This document shows, in pieces, positions 27,329 to 36,963 of a stretch of 64,000 nt of DNA (positions within the stretch are counted from its first letter, which is position 1; every line of letters begins with the position of its first letter). The stretch is from positions 31,023 through 95,022 of the forward strand of contig JANLRZ010000180.1 in the NCBI GenBank assembly GCA_031362155.1. Direction: 5' to 3'. Both the position numbers and the translations under genes were made by a program. This stretch comes from Acidimicrobiia bacterium. Its GTDB lineage: Bacteria > Actinomycetota > Acidimicrobiia > IMCC26256 > JAENVU01. The notes beneath the pieces were generated by a model. It searched no databases. It was not told the origin of the DNA and saw only the letters and a list, made by a program, of their open reading frames with translations.

Positions 27329-27567
27329 GGCGCCTTTGGGGTGGAACGGATCGGACCGAGCGATGGTAATGACCTCGCCTCGGTTGGTAAGCGTCAGGGA
27401 TCACAGTGCGCTATGCCCTGATCTTGCCCGTGATCCGGGCCGCGTGGTCGATGAGGACGCGGTGAATACCAGAATTGGATGCTCGATCACCTAACCTGAG
27501 TGTTCGAATCGGTGAGTGCACCCCAGTCGGGCGTAGCGCTCCCACCCCCAAGGCAAGGTGAGCCGAC

Positions 27568-27828
27568 ATGGCCCAAGCACGAGAGAGTTTCGAGAAGCGC
27601 GCGCGTGCAGCACAGCGTCAAGCCCGCGCCGCGGCAAAGCGGGAGCGTCGCGTCGAACGCGGGAGTGCCGACGACGACGGCCCCGTGGTCGACGAAGACG
27701 CGCTGATGGCGCGTTACGGCGAACTGAGCCAGCAGCGTGAGAACAACGAGATCGACGAAGCGACCTTCGAACAGGAGCGAATCGCGATCTTCGTGGAACT
27801 CGGTTTGGTTCCCGCCGGCGACAGCTGA
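27568..27828 (+). CDS. Small hypothetical protein (basic N-terminal helix, acidic SHOCT-like C-terminus)
   Basis: 86 aa with RBS-like aaggtgag; EIDEATFEQERIAIF resembles SHOCT. Confidence 0.6.
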   Translation: MAQARESFEKRARAAQRQARAAAKRERRVERGSADDDGPVVDEDALMARYGELSQQRENNEIDEATFEQERIAIFVELGLVPAGDS

Positions 27829-27860
27829 GCCCACAGACCCGACGAACACCGGACCGAGGG

Positions 27861-28139
27861 CTACTCGGTGCGGTGCGGGTCGAGTTCTGGAGATCGGCGG
27901 GAGCGGCGGCGGAAGCTCAGGAGTCGGCGGCGCGTCGGCCCCCACCGCCAGATGAGGGCGACGCCGATGGCAGGCCACCCGGCGGCGAGGTAGGCGAAGG
28001 TGATGGCGTGCCTCCACGGATGGGGCGTGCCCACCGTGTCCCACAAGTGGGGGTGGATGCCGCGAAGGTCGTGACGGGTCCACGCGTATGCGGGGAGCCC
28101 GACGACGTAGCCCGCGATCAAGACAACTGCCAGTTCCAC
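27861..28139 (-). CDS. Small hypothetical membrane protein
   Basis: Two hydrophobic segments; start chosen at GTG 28139. Confidence 0.5.
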   Translation of the reverse strand: MELAVVLIAGYVVGLPAYAWTRHDLRGIHPHLWDTVGTPHPWRHAITFAYLAAGWPAIGVALIWRWGPTRRRLLSFRRRSRRSPELDPHRTE

Positions 28140-28256
28140 GTTCTGCCCCTGCCCACAATGTTGACGAGGACAGTCTCGCGCGCGCCCGACCGCCGCACGC
28201 ACGTTGGCTGCCCGATCTGCTCGGAGGACGGCCGCAGTGCGTCTCCGGTTTCTGCA

Positions 28257-29087
28257 TCAAGAATGATCGCGGGTCCCGAGCCACATCGTGTATCGGAGCA
28301 GGCGGAGATATCCGAGAGCCTCGTAGACCCGTTGCCCGTCATCGGACGCGATGAGCATCGATGGCGCCGAGGGTTGGGCGAGGCTCGCCGCCCCGGTGAT
28401 CGCCGCGCCGTACCCGCGACCCCGGCACTCGGCCCGAGTCGACACCAACTCGACGATCGTGAGTGAAGGTCCCAGAAATGCGGCCGCAGTCGCGACCGGT
28501 TGTCCCGCCTCGTAACCGACGAAGAACCGCCACGGGGTGTCGAGTACGTCGGGATGGAGATAGCAGCTCCGCTGCCACGGTTGCAGTTCGGGCACGGGAT
28601 ACGCCTCGATCAGTGTGCGTTCGAAATCGGCGAGCGTCGCGGCGTCGGTTGCCGGAACGATGTCGAGTGCTTCGACGGTCGGGCCGGTGCCTCCGGCCGG
28701 GCGCAGCATCAGTGGCGGATGGCCGACGCGATGAAGGCCGTGAGTGCTCCAGTCCGCCGTTCGCCACGGCGAGAAGACCAGAAACGGCCCGCCCGCCCGT
28801 TGGGAGTAGAAGTCCGTGAGTCGGCGGATGACATCCGGCGTCGCGGAATCGACGATCGGGTGCGTCACCAGGGCGACGTTCCCGAACGGTGTGGCGATCG
28901 CGAGATCGCACATTCGGAGGCCGGCATCGGGGTCGTCGAGAATGCGTCCGCCCCGAGATGCCACGATCGACGCATATGCGTCCGCCTCGAGTCGTGCGTA
29001 GTCGAGCACCAGATTGTCGCCGGAAGGAGTGCGCACTCCGGTTCCGTTTTCGAGATACTCGTCGCCGTCTGCCGCGAGCGATGTCAT
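28257..29087 (-). CDS. GNAT family N-acetyltransferase
   Basis: VELVSTRAECRGRGYGAAIT acetyl-CoA motif A; VYEALGY. Confidence 0.85.
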   Translation of the reverse strand: MTSLAADGDEYLENGTGVRTPSGDNLVLDYARLEADAYASIVASRGGRILDDPDAGLRMCDLAIATPFGNVALVTHPIVDSATPDVIRRLTDFYSQRAGGPFLVFSPWRTADWSTHGLHRVGHPPLMLRPAGGTGPTVEALDIVPATDAATLADFERTLIEAYPVPELQPWQRSCYLHPDVLDTPWRFFVGYEAGQPVATAAAFLGPSLTIVELVSTRAECRGRGYGAAITGAASLAQPSAPSMLIASDDGQRVYEALGYLRLLRYTMWLGTRDHS

Positions 29088-29205
29088 CGTCACTCCTCGT
29101 TCGGTGGCCACGTTACCGGCATGCGGGCTTGATGAGGCGACGACGGCGCGGCATGAATGGGCGGGGGTATGTGAGGATCAACGCTTCTTGGCTGTTCGAG
29201 GAGGC

Positions 29206-29862
29206 GTGAGGTTGCCCACGGTGCTGTCGGTCAATGTCGGGCACGCGCGCCCGATCGCGTCGAAGTCGGGAACTTCGGGAATCGACAAGCGCCCGGTGGC
29301 GGGGCCGGTCGGCGTGTTCGCGCCGGGTCCGAAAGGAATCGGCGGCAGCGGACTCGAGGGCGACGCGATCGTCGATACCGCGAACCATGGTGGGAACGAC
29401 CAGGCCGTCTACGCGTACGCCAGGGAGGATCTGGATTGGTGGGAGCCGATCGTGGGTCATCCCCTGAGCTCGGGCAGCTTCGGCGAGAACCTCACGACCG
29501 ACTCGCTCGACGTGACCGGCGCGCTCGTGGGCGAGCGCTGGCGGCTCGGAGACGAGCTGGTGCTCGAGGTGACGTCGCCGCGAATTCCCTGTGGCACCTT
29601 CGCCGTGTGGCTGGATGATCACGGCTGGGTCACGACGTTCCGGCGGGAGGCCCGGCCCGGTGCCTACCTGCGGGTGGTCTCACCCGGTCCGGTGGCCGCT
29701 GGGGATTCGATCGAGGTGGTGCATCGGCCGGATCACGACGTCACGATGGAGTTGATGTTCCGAGCGTTGACGACCGAGCCCGCGTTGATGCCTCGACTCG
29801 CGGCTGCGGGCGATGCCATCCACGAAGAGCTGCACGGACGCGTGCCACCGATCGCGCCTTAG
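29206..29862 (+). CDS. MOSC domain protein (YiiM-like, with 3-alpha domain)
   Basis: VLSVNVG, SGIDKRP, HGGNDQAVYAY, FGENLT, PRIPC, RPGAYLRV; RBS gaggagg before GTG 29206. Confidence 0.9.
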   Translation: MRLPTVLSVNVGHARPIASKSGTSGIDKRPVAGPVGVFAPGPKGIGGSGLEGDAIVDTANHGGNDQAVYAYAREDLDWWEPIVGHPLSSGSFGENLTTDSLDVTGALVGERWRLGDELVLEVTSPRIPCGTFAVWLDDHGWVTTFRREARPGAYLRVVSPGPVAAGDSIEVVHRPDHDVTMELMFRALTTEPALMPRLAAAGDAIHEELHGRVPPIAP

Positions 29863-30815
29863 GTGGATTCGGCGTCCGGCGCGCCAAGGCCGCGTCGAAG
29901 TGCGTCGATCACCTCGGCGTGGGCGCGCCGCGACACCGCCGCGAACGGGATCATGGCGGAACCGTGGAACGTGCCCGGGTAGGAGTGCAGCTCGACGGGC
30001 ACGCCGGCCTCCATCATCCGGAGGGCGTAGATGATCCCTTCGTCACGGAGCGGATCGAACTCCATCGTCGAGACGTAGGCGGGGGGCAGGCCGGCCAGAT
30101 CGTCGGCGATGGCCGGCGAGGCGTACGGAGAGACCTCCGTCACCTCGGGGCCGAGGTAGTACTGCCAGCTCAAGACCGCGTTGGGACGGTGCCAGAGCGG
30201 TGTGTCGACGAAGGTGCGCATGCTCGTGGTGTCGAGGCGATGATCCAGCTCCGGGATCCCGAGGAACTGGAAACAGATGGCCGGGCCGCCGCGGTCGCGG
30301 GCGAGGAGCGCAGTCGCGGCAGTCAGTCCTCCGCCCGCGCTCTGACCCCCGACGGCGACCCGAGCAGTGTCGATGCCGAGAGCGTCCGCGTGCTGGTGCA
30401 TCCAGGTCAACGTCGCGTAACAATCGTCGAGCCCGGCGGGAAACGGGTGTTCGGGCGCGAGCCGGTAGTCGGGTACGACGACGACGGCGTCGAGGTCGCG
30501 GGCGACCTGGGTCGCGAAGGCGTGTTCCATGTCGATGGACCCGAGGACGAAACCGCCACCGTGAAGGTCGAGGAGGGCAGGGCGTCCACCGGCGGGTGCT
30601 GGAGTGACCGGCCGGTAGACCCGGATCACGATCGGTGGCGCATCGTCGGACGCGATCGACTCGTCGCGCACATCGACGCCGTCGGTGTCGACGCTCTCAC
30701 TGAGCGGCGCGAGCATGGCCTCGATACCGGCGCGGGCGGCGTCGATGTCGGTGAGTTCCCCTGCGGGAAGCAGCTCGACGAGCGGTGCGAGTTCGGGGTC
30801 GTAGTTGTACGTCAT
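29859..30815 (-). CDS. HSL/GDXG-family alpha/beta hydrolase (esterase)
   Basis: HGGGF, DYRLAPEHPFP, GQSAGG, DPLRDEG, HG. Confidence 0.92.
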   Translation of the reverse strand: MTYNYDPELAPLVELLPAGELTDIDAARAGIEAMLAPLSESVDTDGVDVRDESIASDDAPPIVIRVYRPVTPAPAGGRPALLDLHGGGFVLGSIDMEHAFATQVARDLDAVVVVPDYRLAPEHPFPAGLDDCYATLTWMHQHADALGIDTARVAVGGQSAGGGLTAATALLARDRGGPAICFQFLGIPELDHRLDTTSMRTFVDTPLWHRPNAVLSWQYYLGPEVTEVSPYASPAIADDLAGLPPAYVSTMEFDPLRDEGIIYALRMMEAGVPVELHSYPGTFHGSAMIPFAAVSRRAHAEVIDALRRGLGAPDAEST

Positions 30816-30888
30816 GGCGCCACTCTTCCACGACTCCGATACCCGGGGGGTGCCACGCTCGGCCCGCGCCGAGTGCGAGGCTTCCACC

Positions 30889-31386
30889 ATGACGAAACCT
30901 GCATGGAAAAGCCTGTGGCATCGGCACCCGGGTGTCCGTTCGGGTGATCAGCTGTCGATCGGCGAGCGCGCCGCCGACCGGATGCGTAACACGATGGGCT
31001 CGTGGCCCTTCGTCTTCGGCTTCTTCGCGTTGATGATTGCGTGGGCCGTTGCGAACTCGGTGTTCTATGTGGGCGGCAAGAACGGCAAGCACGGGTTCGA
31101 CCCGTACCCGTACATCCTGCTGAACCTCTTCCTCTCGATGTTGGCTGGGGTTCAGGCCGCCGCCCTGCTCATCGCGGCGAAGCGATCGGACGCCATCTCA
31201 TCCGAGATCGCGCTGCACACCGAGCAGAACACGAATGAGCTGAAGACGCTGCTCGAGGAGAACACCTCGCTCACCCAACAGGTGAAACGGAACACCGACC
31301 TGCTCAACGAAATCCACCGTCACCTCCAGGTGCTCGTTCCCGACTCGGACGCCGAATCCCCCGTGCCAGACTGCCGCGGTGGATGA
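30889..31386 (+). CDS. DUF1003 domain membrane protein
   Basis: ERAADRMRNTMGSWPF, FDPYPYILLNLFLSMLA. Confidence 0.88.
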   Translation: MTKPAWKSLWHRHPGVRSGDQLSIGERAADRMRNTMGSWPFVFGFFALMIAWAVANSVFYVGGKNGKHGFDPYPYILLNLFLSMLAGVQAAALLIAAKRSDAISSEIALHTEQNTNELKTLLEENTSLTQQVKRNTDLLNEIHRHLQVLVPDSDAESPVPDCRGG

Positions 31387-32686
31387 CATTCGGGACCTGC
31401 GTGATGAGCACGGAGGTCTCGCGTACGCAGTGATGGGTTCGGGTCCGCCGCTCGTGTACATCCCCGACCTGTTCATGCCGATCGACGCGCTCGACGAGGA
31501 TCCGCCCTACGCGCAGTTTCTCGATGGGTTGGCATCGTTCTCGACGTTGATCATCTTCGACCGGCGGGGCATCGGGTTCAGCGATCCGATCGACGATTGG
31601 GATCGGCCGCTGTTCGACACCTGGGCCGACGATGTGGTTCGGGTCATTCGCGGCGTCGTGGGCGGACCTGCCACCGTGCTCGGCAACGCGGTCCAGAGCG
31701 GCACGACGGCATTGCGCGCCGCGCAGATCGCGCCGGAACTCGTCGAACACTTGATCCTGCTGAACGTGATGAGTGTCAACCGCGGGCTCGCGGCCGGCCC
31801 GGCCGACGAACTCGTACGTAACGTCGATGGTGAGAGCACGTTCGACTTCGGCAGCATTGTGTCGCCCAGTCGTAGCGGCGATCCGGCGTACGTCCGGTGG
31901 ATCGACCGGGTCGGGCGGCGAGGCGCGAGCCCGGCCGACGCGCGGCGCATGTGGCAGTCGATCCTGAGTTCATCGGATCCGACTGGCCTCGACACGTTGC
32001 GCGTGCCCACCACCGTGATGGTGCGGCCTGGGTTGGCCTGGGCGCCGATCGTCGAGGGGTCGAGAGAGTTCGTCGAATCGATTCCCGACGCCGAGCTGGT
32101 CGAGATCTCCGGCGCCGACATGTATCCCAACGGCGGAGACGTGGACGAACTCGTGCACGCGCTCGGCGCAGCGATGGGGGCGGCGTCGGTGCGATCGGGC
32201 GGGCCGGCTCTGCTCACCTTGCTGTTCTCCGACATCGTGGCGAGTACCGAGCGATCCGGTGAGATGGGCAACGCCCGCTGGCGCAGCCTCCTCGACGTGC
32301 ACGATGAGTTGGCCGGCAAGGTCGTGGCTCGCCACGGTGGAACGCTGATCAAGCACACGGGAGACGGTGTGCTCGCGACGTTCCCGATGCCCACTCGGGG
32401 CCTCCGGGCGGCCCGAGCACTTCGAGCGGAACTCGCACGGTCCGATCTCGATGTGCGGATCGGCCTGCACACGGCGGAGGTCGAACGACGCGGTCACGAC
32501 GTCAACGGCGTCGGCGTCAATCTCGCGGCGCGCATCATGGATAGGGCCGGCGGCGGCGAGATCCTCGTGTCGGCCGCGATCCCGCTGATCGTCGCCGGTT
32601 CCGAGTTTTCGTTCGCCTCCCGCGGTCGGCACGAGCTGAAGGGCCTGCCTGCCGACCAGGAGTTGTTCGCGCTCGACGGTCCGTAG
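31379..32686 (+). CDS. Alpha/beta hydrolase-like domain fused to class III adenylate/guanylate cyclase (LipJ-like)
   Basis: FDRRGIGFSD in the N-domain; LFSDIVAST, KHTGDG, RIGLHTAE, VNLAARI, LKGLP. Confidence 0.88.
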   Translation: MDDIRDLRDEHGGLAYAVMGSGPPLVYIPDLFMPIDALDEDPPYAQFLDGLASFSTLIIFDRRGIGFSDPIDDWDRPLFDTWADDVVRVIRGVVGGPATVLGNAVQSGTTALRAAQIAPELVEHLILLNVMSVNRGLAAGPADELVRNVDGESTFDFGSIVSPSRSGDPAYVRWIDRVGRRGASPADARRMWQSILSSSDPTGLDTLRVPTTVMVRPGLAWAPIVEGSREFVESIPDAELVEISGADMYPNGGDVDELVHALGAAMGAASVRSGGPALLTLLFSDIVASTERSGEMGNARWRSLLDVHDELAGKVVARHGGTLIKHTGDGVLATFPMPTRGLRAARALRAELARSDLDVRIGLHTAEVERRGHDVNGVGVNLAARIMDRAGGGEILVSAAIPLIVAGSEFSFASRGRHELKGLPADQELFALDGP

Positions 32687-32736
32687 CCCTCGTGCGGTCG
32701 CGTCAGGTCGGTCGCGTCGGGTCAGGTCGGTTGGTA

Positions 32737-33963
32737 TCAGGTCCGGTCGAGTTCCAGCATGCGGATGGCGTTGCCGCGCAGGATCTTGTACTTCTGCTCA
32801 TCGGTCTCGACTCCGGCGAGCATCTGCTCGCAGTAGTCCTTGGAGTTCGGCCAGGTGGTGTCCGTGTGCGGGTAGTCCGTCTCGAAGCAGATGTTGTTCT
32901 CGCCGACCTCGTCGAGCGACCGCACTCCGTGTCGGTCCCAGGTGAAGCACCCAAAGACGCGGTCGTAGTAGTAGGTCGACGGGGGCTCGGGGCAGAGGCG
33001 CTTGGAGTTCTGCCACGCGTTGTGCTCTTCCCAGACGGTGTCGGCCCGCTCGAGCGCGTAGGGCAACCAGCCGATTTGGCCCTCCGAGTAGGCGATTTTC
33101 AACTTCGGGAAGCGGTGCATGATGCCGCCGAAGAGGTAATCGCCGAGTGACGCCATGGAATTGTTGAAGCCAACCATGCTGCCCACGCCCGGGGGCGCGT
33201 CACGAGACGAGAACGGATCGGTCGATGACGACCCGACGTGCATGCACAAGGTCGTGCCCGTGTCGTTGCACGCGGCGAGCATCGGATCCCAGTGACCACT
33301 GTGGACACTCGGCAGGTCGAGTCGGGTCGGCAGCTCGGAGAAACACACCGCGCGCACGCCGCGCGCGGCGTTGCGTTGGATCTCGAGCGACGCGAGGTCC
33401 GGATCCCACAGCGGGATGATGCCGAGCGGGATGTTGATGCCGATGGCCGGATCGCACCACTCCTCGACCATCCAGTCGTTGTACGCCTCGACGCAGGCCT
33501 GCGCGAGTTCGCGGTCGTCGGCCTCGTGGAAGGTCTGTCCGCAGAAACGGGGGAACGTCGGGAATGGGAGTGACCCGTCGACCCAGTTGAGTTCGAAGTC
33601 CTTCTTGCGTTCCTTCGCGTCCCAACACCCGGGCCGCATGTCGTCGTAGGTGGTGGCCGTCATGGTCATGACCGTCTTGTCGAACGTCGACACGTCGTCG
33701 CCTTGGGTGGCCGACTTCGGGATCGCGACGAACTTCTTCTGGACGTAGATGAGCTTGTCCTCGTAGATCCAGGCGTCGCCCCACTCGCCGTCGGGATCCT
33801 CGGTCATCTCGTACTTGGCGCCTTTCTTGAGGCGGAACTTCCCCCATCGCTTGCGCTCGACGCGGGGCCCCTTCTCCCGATATTTCTCGGGCAACCACGT
33901 TTGCCAGACGTGGGCCGGCTCCACCACGTGGTCGTCGACGCTGATGATCTTGGGCAGCTCCAC
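32737..33963 (-). CDS. Amidohydrolase_2 family protein
   Basis: ISVDDHVVEP, YNDWMVEEWC, CMHVGS, SEGQIGW, FETDYPHTD. Confidence 0.9.
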   Translation of the reverse strand: MELPKIISVDDHVVEPAHVWQTWLPEKYREKGPRVERKRWGKFRLKKGAKYEMTEDPDGEWGDAWIYEDKLIYVQKKFVAIPKSATQGDDVSTFDKTVMTMTATTYDDMRPGCWDAKERKKDFELNWVDGSLPFPTFPRFCGQTFHEADDRELAQACVEAYNDWMVEEWCDPAIGINIPLGIIPLWDPDLASLEIQRNAARGVRAVCFSELPTRLDLPSVHSGHWDPMLAACNDTGTTLCMHVGSSSTDPFSSRDAPPGVGSMVGFNNSMASLGDYLFGGIMHRFPKLKIAYSEGQIGWLPYALERADTVWEEHNAWQNSKRLCPEPPSTYYYDRVFGCFTWDRHGVRSLDEVGENNICFETDYPHTDTTWPNSKDYCEQMLAGVETDEQKYKILRGNAIRMLELDRT

Positions 33964-34033
33964 TGGATCCCCCGGGCGCTCGGTTCCTGACGTGCGTGTC
34001 AGGTTGCCACGGTACCGCGGGGGACACCGCGGC

Positions 34034-36442
34034 TCACAGGTACTGGTGCTTCACCAGATCGCGGGTTGCGAACCAACCGGGGATCGCAGGGAGGTAATAG
34101 AAGACGAGTTGGTTGGCCAGGGCCGCGGCGACCGCGACATCGCGATCGACGCCGAAGGAGACGAGGGCGGCGGAGAGGCCAACGGTGCCGACCGCGGTGG
34201 ACCCGCCGGGAACGGGCACCGAGTTGGCGATGGCAACGACCGCGATGTTGGCGGCGAGGAGCGCCCAGTAGGACGTGTGCCCGCCCACGGCGATGAGACA
34301 CGCCTGGAGACACCAGGTCGCGAGCAGCAGTGCCGCCGCGTTTCCCGCCACCAACAACACGAGATGTCGGGGTGAGCGCAGCGCGTCCCAAACGGTGCGA
34401 GCGGCCCGGGTGATGGCGGGAAAGACGAACCGGCGGACACGAGGAAGGACGACAACGACCGCACTGACGAGGGCGGCGACCACCACGATGAGGACGAGCG
34501 TGGCCAGGAATCCATCGGTGGGGATGAGCGAGAGGTCGACTCGTTGCGGATCGAGGGAGAGCGCGAGGACGAAGAGGATGCCGGACGCGATGAGGGCACC
34601 GGCCGCGCCCAGGATCCCACTGGCAGCGACCGCCGAACTGAGGTCGACGCCGACCTTCTGGAGATAGCGCACCTGCATCGCCTGTCCACCGATGGCCGGG
34701 ATCGCCAGGTTCGAGAACGACATACCGAGTTGGACCTCCGTGGTGCGCCAGAGTGGAAGGCGTATACGGACGGTTCCCTGCAGGCCGATCGCGTACCCGA
34801 CGTTCGAGACCAGCGCATACCCGACCGCGAGGAGCAGCCACTCCCACTCCGCCGCACGGAGCGCTGCCCACACGTCGCCGGTGCCGCCGAGTTCGGAGAG
34901 CAGCACCGCGATCGCGACGAGCGCACCCAGGGCCATGGCCGCGCTGCGCCGACCGATCCGATACATCCGGGTGAGTTCGGGTGCTTCGATGCCGACGGCC
35001 GCCGCGCCCACGGTTCGGAGCCGCCCGAGTCCGCCGACGACCTCGCGCCGCCGGGCACCGACGCGGGGTGCCGCCGCAAGTGCCGCCGGCTGCAACCGCG
35101 GCAAGGCTTCCTTGACCACCGACGCGCCGACCACGTCGATCGCAGTGTTCACGGCGCGCTCGGGGCCGACGAGCGCGGCCGTCGTCGCGAGCATGGTGGC
35201 GACGTCTTGAGCGATGGCTTCCGGCCGGCCGGTCGAGGTGGCGCCGTCGAACCCGACGACGTACGGCTCGCGCCCCACCATGATCACGTGATTCGTGTCG
35301 AAGTCGTTGTGCGCAATTCGTGCGCGATGGAGTGCGCAGACGTTCTCCCAGATCCGCGTGAGCACCGCGTCGTCGATCGTCTCGGGATCGACGTCGGTGA
35401 GGACCCGACCCACGACGGGGCGCTCGACGAGGACCGCGGCTCGAGGGCCAGCCCGGCCGGCGGCGACGATCTCGGGAACCGTCACACCCGCTTGCTTCGC
35501 GACCAGCATGAGGAACGCCTCGTGTTCGACCTGTTGCACGCGCGTGAGTGCCAAGCGAGGCCCCGAGTCGCGGTACACGATCAGGCTCCACAGCTTGGCG
35601 AAGATGCGGGACTGGGCCTCGTCCCGCCCGACCACTTTGATGCGCAGCGGCCCGTCGTCGTCTTCGGCGTGAACGACGGTCGAACCACTGGGCTGATGAT
35701 CCGAGAGCCGCGCGTGACGGGCTTGGATCCCGAGCAACTGGAGTGCGGCCACCACATCCGGGATGGTGGGTCGCATGCCTGGCGATCCGAAGATCAGGTG
35801 GACGCCCGATCCGACGCCCCACCCGAGTGCGACCCCGGCGAAGAGCCCGACGGGAATCGCGTTCCCCAGGTAGAGCGCGGATATCGCGAACCCGCCGACG
35901 AGGAGCCAACCGAAGATGCGGGTGGGGCGACGGACATATGGTGAGGCCACCGTGATGATCGCGACGATCACCGCGATGCGCACTGCCGGGAATGACGGTG
36001 ACTCGCCGAACCGGGCCGCGTTCCGAACGCTGCGGAAGATCGACTCGTTCTCCACGACGAGCCCACCGACCGCGCGCGAGATGGCCCACGCGAGCACGCC
36101 CGCGATGAGGAGATCGCGGGCGAGACTGACCCGCCGGATCACGATCGCGGCGACCACGACCAAGCCCACGGCCCAGAGCGCGCCCAACCGGTACAAGGTG
36201 CGGAAGAACGGCGCGAGCGCGTTGGGCAGCGTGTTGAAGAGGTCGAACAGCGCCTTCTCCGTGGCGGTCGTCGATCCGACGTGGCGAGTTGCCGCGACGA
36301 CCAGGATGATCGAGATCGAAACCGCGACCCAATCTGACGTCCGTCGGCGTCGACCACCTTCACCGGCCCGACGGAAGTAACGACGCCGCCAGCTCGGAAC
36401 GTCGATCGTCGGTTCGGTTGAGCTGGCCGGTGCTGGCTTCAT
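34034..36442 (-). CDS. Membrane protein with PAP2-like TM region, kinase-like domain and LPG-synthase/flippase-like TM domain
   Basis: SFPAVR and YLGNAIP TM block; HEAFL..AGVTVPE..HRARIAHND kinase-like segment; C-terminal TM bundle ending QLVFYYLPAIPGW. Confidence 0.78.
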   Translation of the reverse strand: MKPAPASSTEPTIDVPSWRRRYFRRAGEGGRRRRTSDWVAVSISIILVVAATRHVGSTTATEKALFDLFNTLPNALAPFFRTLYRLGALWAVGLVVVAAIVIRRVSLARDLLIAGVLAWAISRAVGGLVVENESIFRSVRNAARFGESPSFPAVRIAVIVAIITVASPYVRRPTRIFGWLLVGGFAISALYLGNAIPVGLFAGVALGWGVGSGVHLIFGSPGMRPTIPDVVAALQLLGIQARHARLSDHQPSGSTVVHAEDDDGPLRIKVVGRDEAQSRIFAKLWSLIVYRDSGPRLALTRVQQVEHEAFLMLVAKQAGVTVPEIVAAGRAGPRAAVLVERPVVGRVLTDVDPETIDDAVLTRIWENVCALHRARIAHNDFDTNHVIMVGREPYVVGFDGATSTGRPEAIAQDVATMLATTAALVGPERAVNTAIDVVGASVVKEALPRLQPAALAAAPRVGARRREVVGGLGRLRTVGAAAVGIEAPELTRMYRIGRRSAAMALGALVAIAVLLSELGGTGDVWAALRAAEWEWLLLAVGYALVSNVGYAIGLQGTVRIRLPLWRTTEVQLGMSFSNLAIPAIGGQAMQVRYLQKVGVDLSSAVAASGILGAAGALIASGILFVLALSLDPQRVDLSLIPTDGFLATLVLIVVVAALVSAVVVVLPRVRRFVFPAITRAARTVWDALRSPRHLVLLVAGNAAALLLATWCLQACLIAVGGHTSYWALLAANIAVVAIANSVPVPGGSTAVGTVGLSAALVSFGVDRDVAVAAALANQLVFYYLPAIPGWFATRDLVKHQYL

Positions 36443-36499
36443 TCACGACCAGTCTGTCTCGGGACGGGTGCTGCGACCGTGAGGGCGCAGGTCCAGGAG

Positions 36500-36961
36500 T
36501 CAGCCCTTCGATGGCGCGAAGTATTCCGAGCGGGTCTTGACGGTCGCGAGGAGGCGCCGCACCAGGACGACGTGACCGCCGGTTCCGATGACGAGCGTTC
36601 GGTAGAACGACCCGGACCGGCCGGGGAATGTGGCCCGGGTCTCGGCGGCGAGGTGCGACAGGTTGGGGTCCGGGCCCTCGAGCTGGAAGGTGAGCGTGTA
36701 GGTCGAGAAGCGGTGGTGGCCCTGGAGTACCAGTCGTGAGCCGGGGACCACTTCGGTGACATGAAACCCGGGGACCGCCGATCCGACCGCGTGGGGCCGC
36801 GGTCCGGTGACCGCAAGATCGTCGCAGCGGATCACGCGTGCGTAGACCCGGGCGATCGTGTGTGAGAACGCTCGATCGACGGCACCGAGGAGTTCGTCCC
36901 AGACCGCGTCGGAACCGGCCGCGATCTGGAGGCGGTGCTCGTCGATCTTCGGGATATCCAT
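36500..36961 (-). CDS. Hypothetical protein (SRPBCC/DUF2867-like)
   Basis: Coding-like ORF, GHHRFSTYTL, YRTLVIGTGGH; start chosen. Confidence 0.55.
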   Translation of the reverse strand: MDIPKIDEHRLQIAAGSDAVWDELLGAVDRAFSHTIARVYARVIRCDDLAVTGPRPHAVGSAVPGFHVTEVVPGSRLVLQGHHRFSTYTLTFQLEGPDPNLSHLAAETRATFPGRSGSFYRTLVIGTGGHVVLVRRLLATVKTRSEYFAPSKG

Positions 36962-36963
36962 GC

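Noticed and set aside
27330-27567. Possible tRNA/ncRNA (contains gttcgaatc; tRNA-Sec considered)
   Set aside because: No cloverleaf stems or acceptor arm could be formed around the T-loop-like word.
32696-32730. Tandem 14-bp near-repeat (ggtcgcgtcaggtc / ggtcgcgtcgggtc) between convergent genes
   Set aside because: Only two imperfect low-complexity copies, no spacers and no cas genes; not a CRISPR or recognisable REP element.
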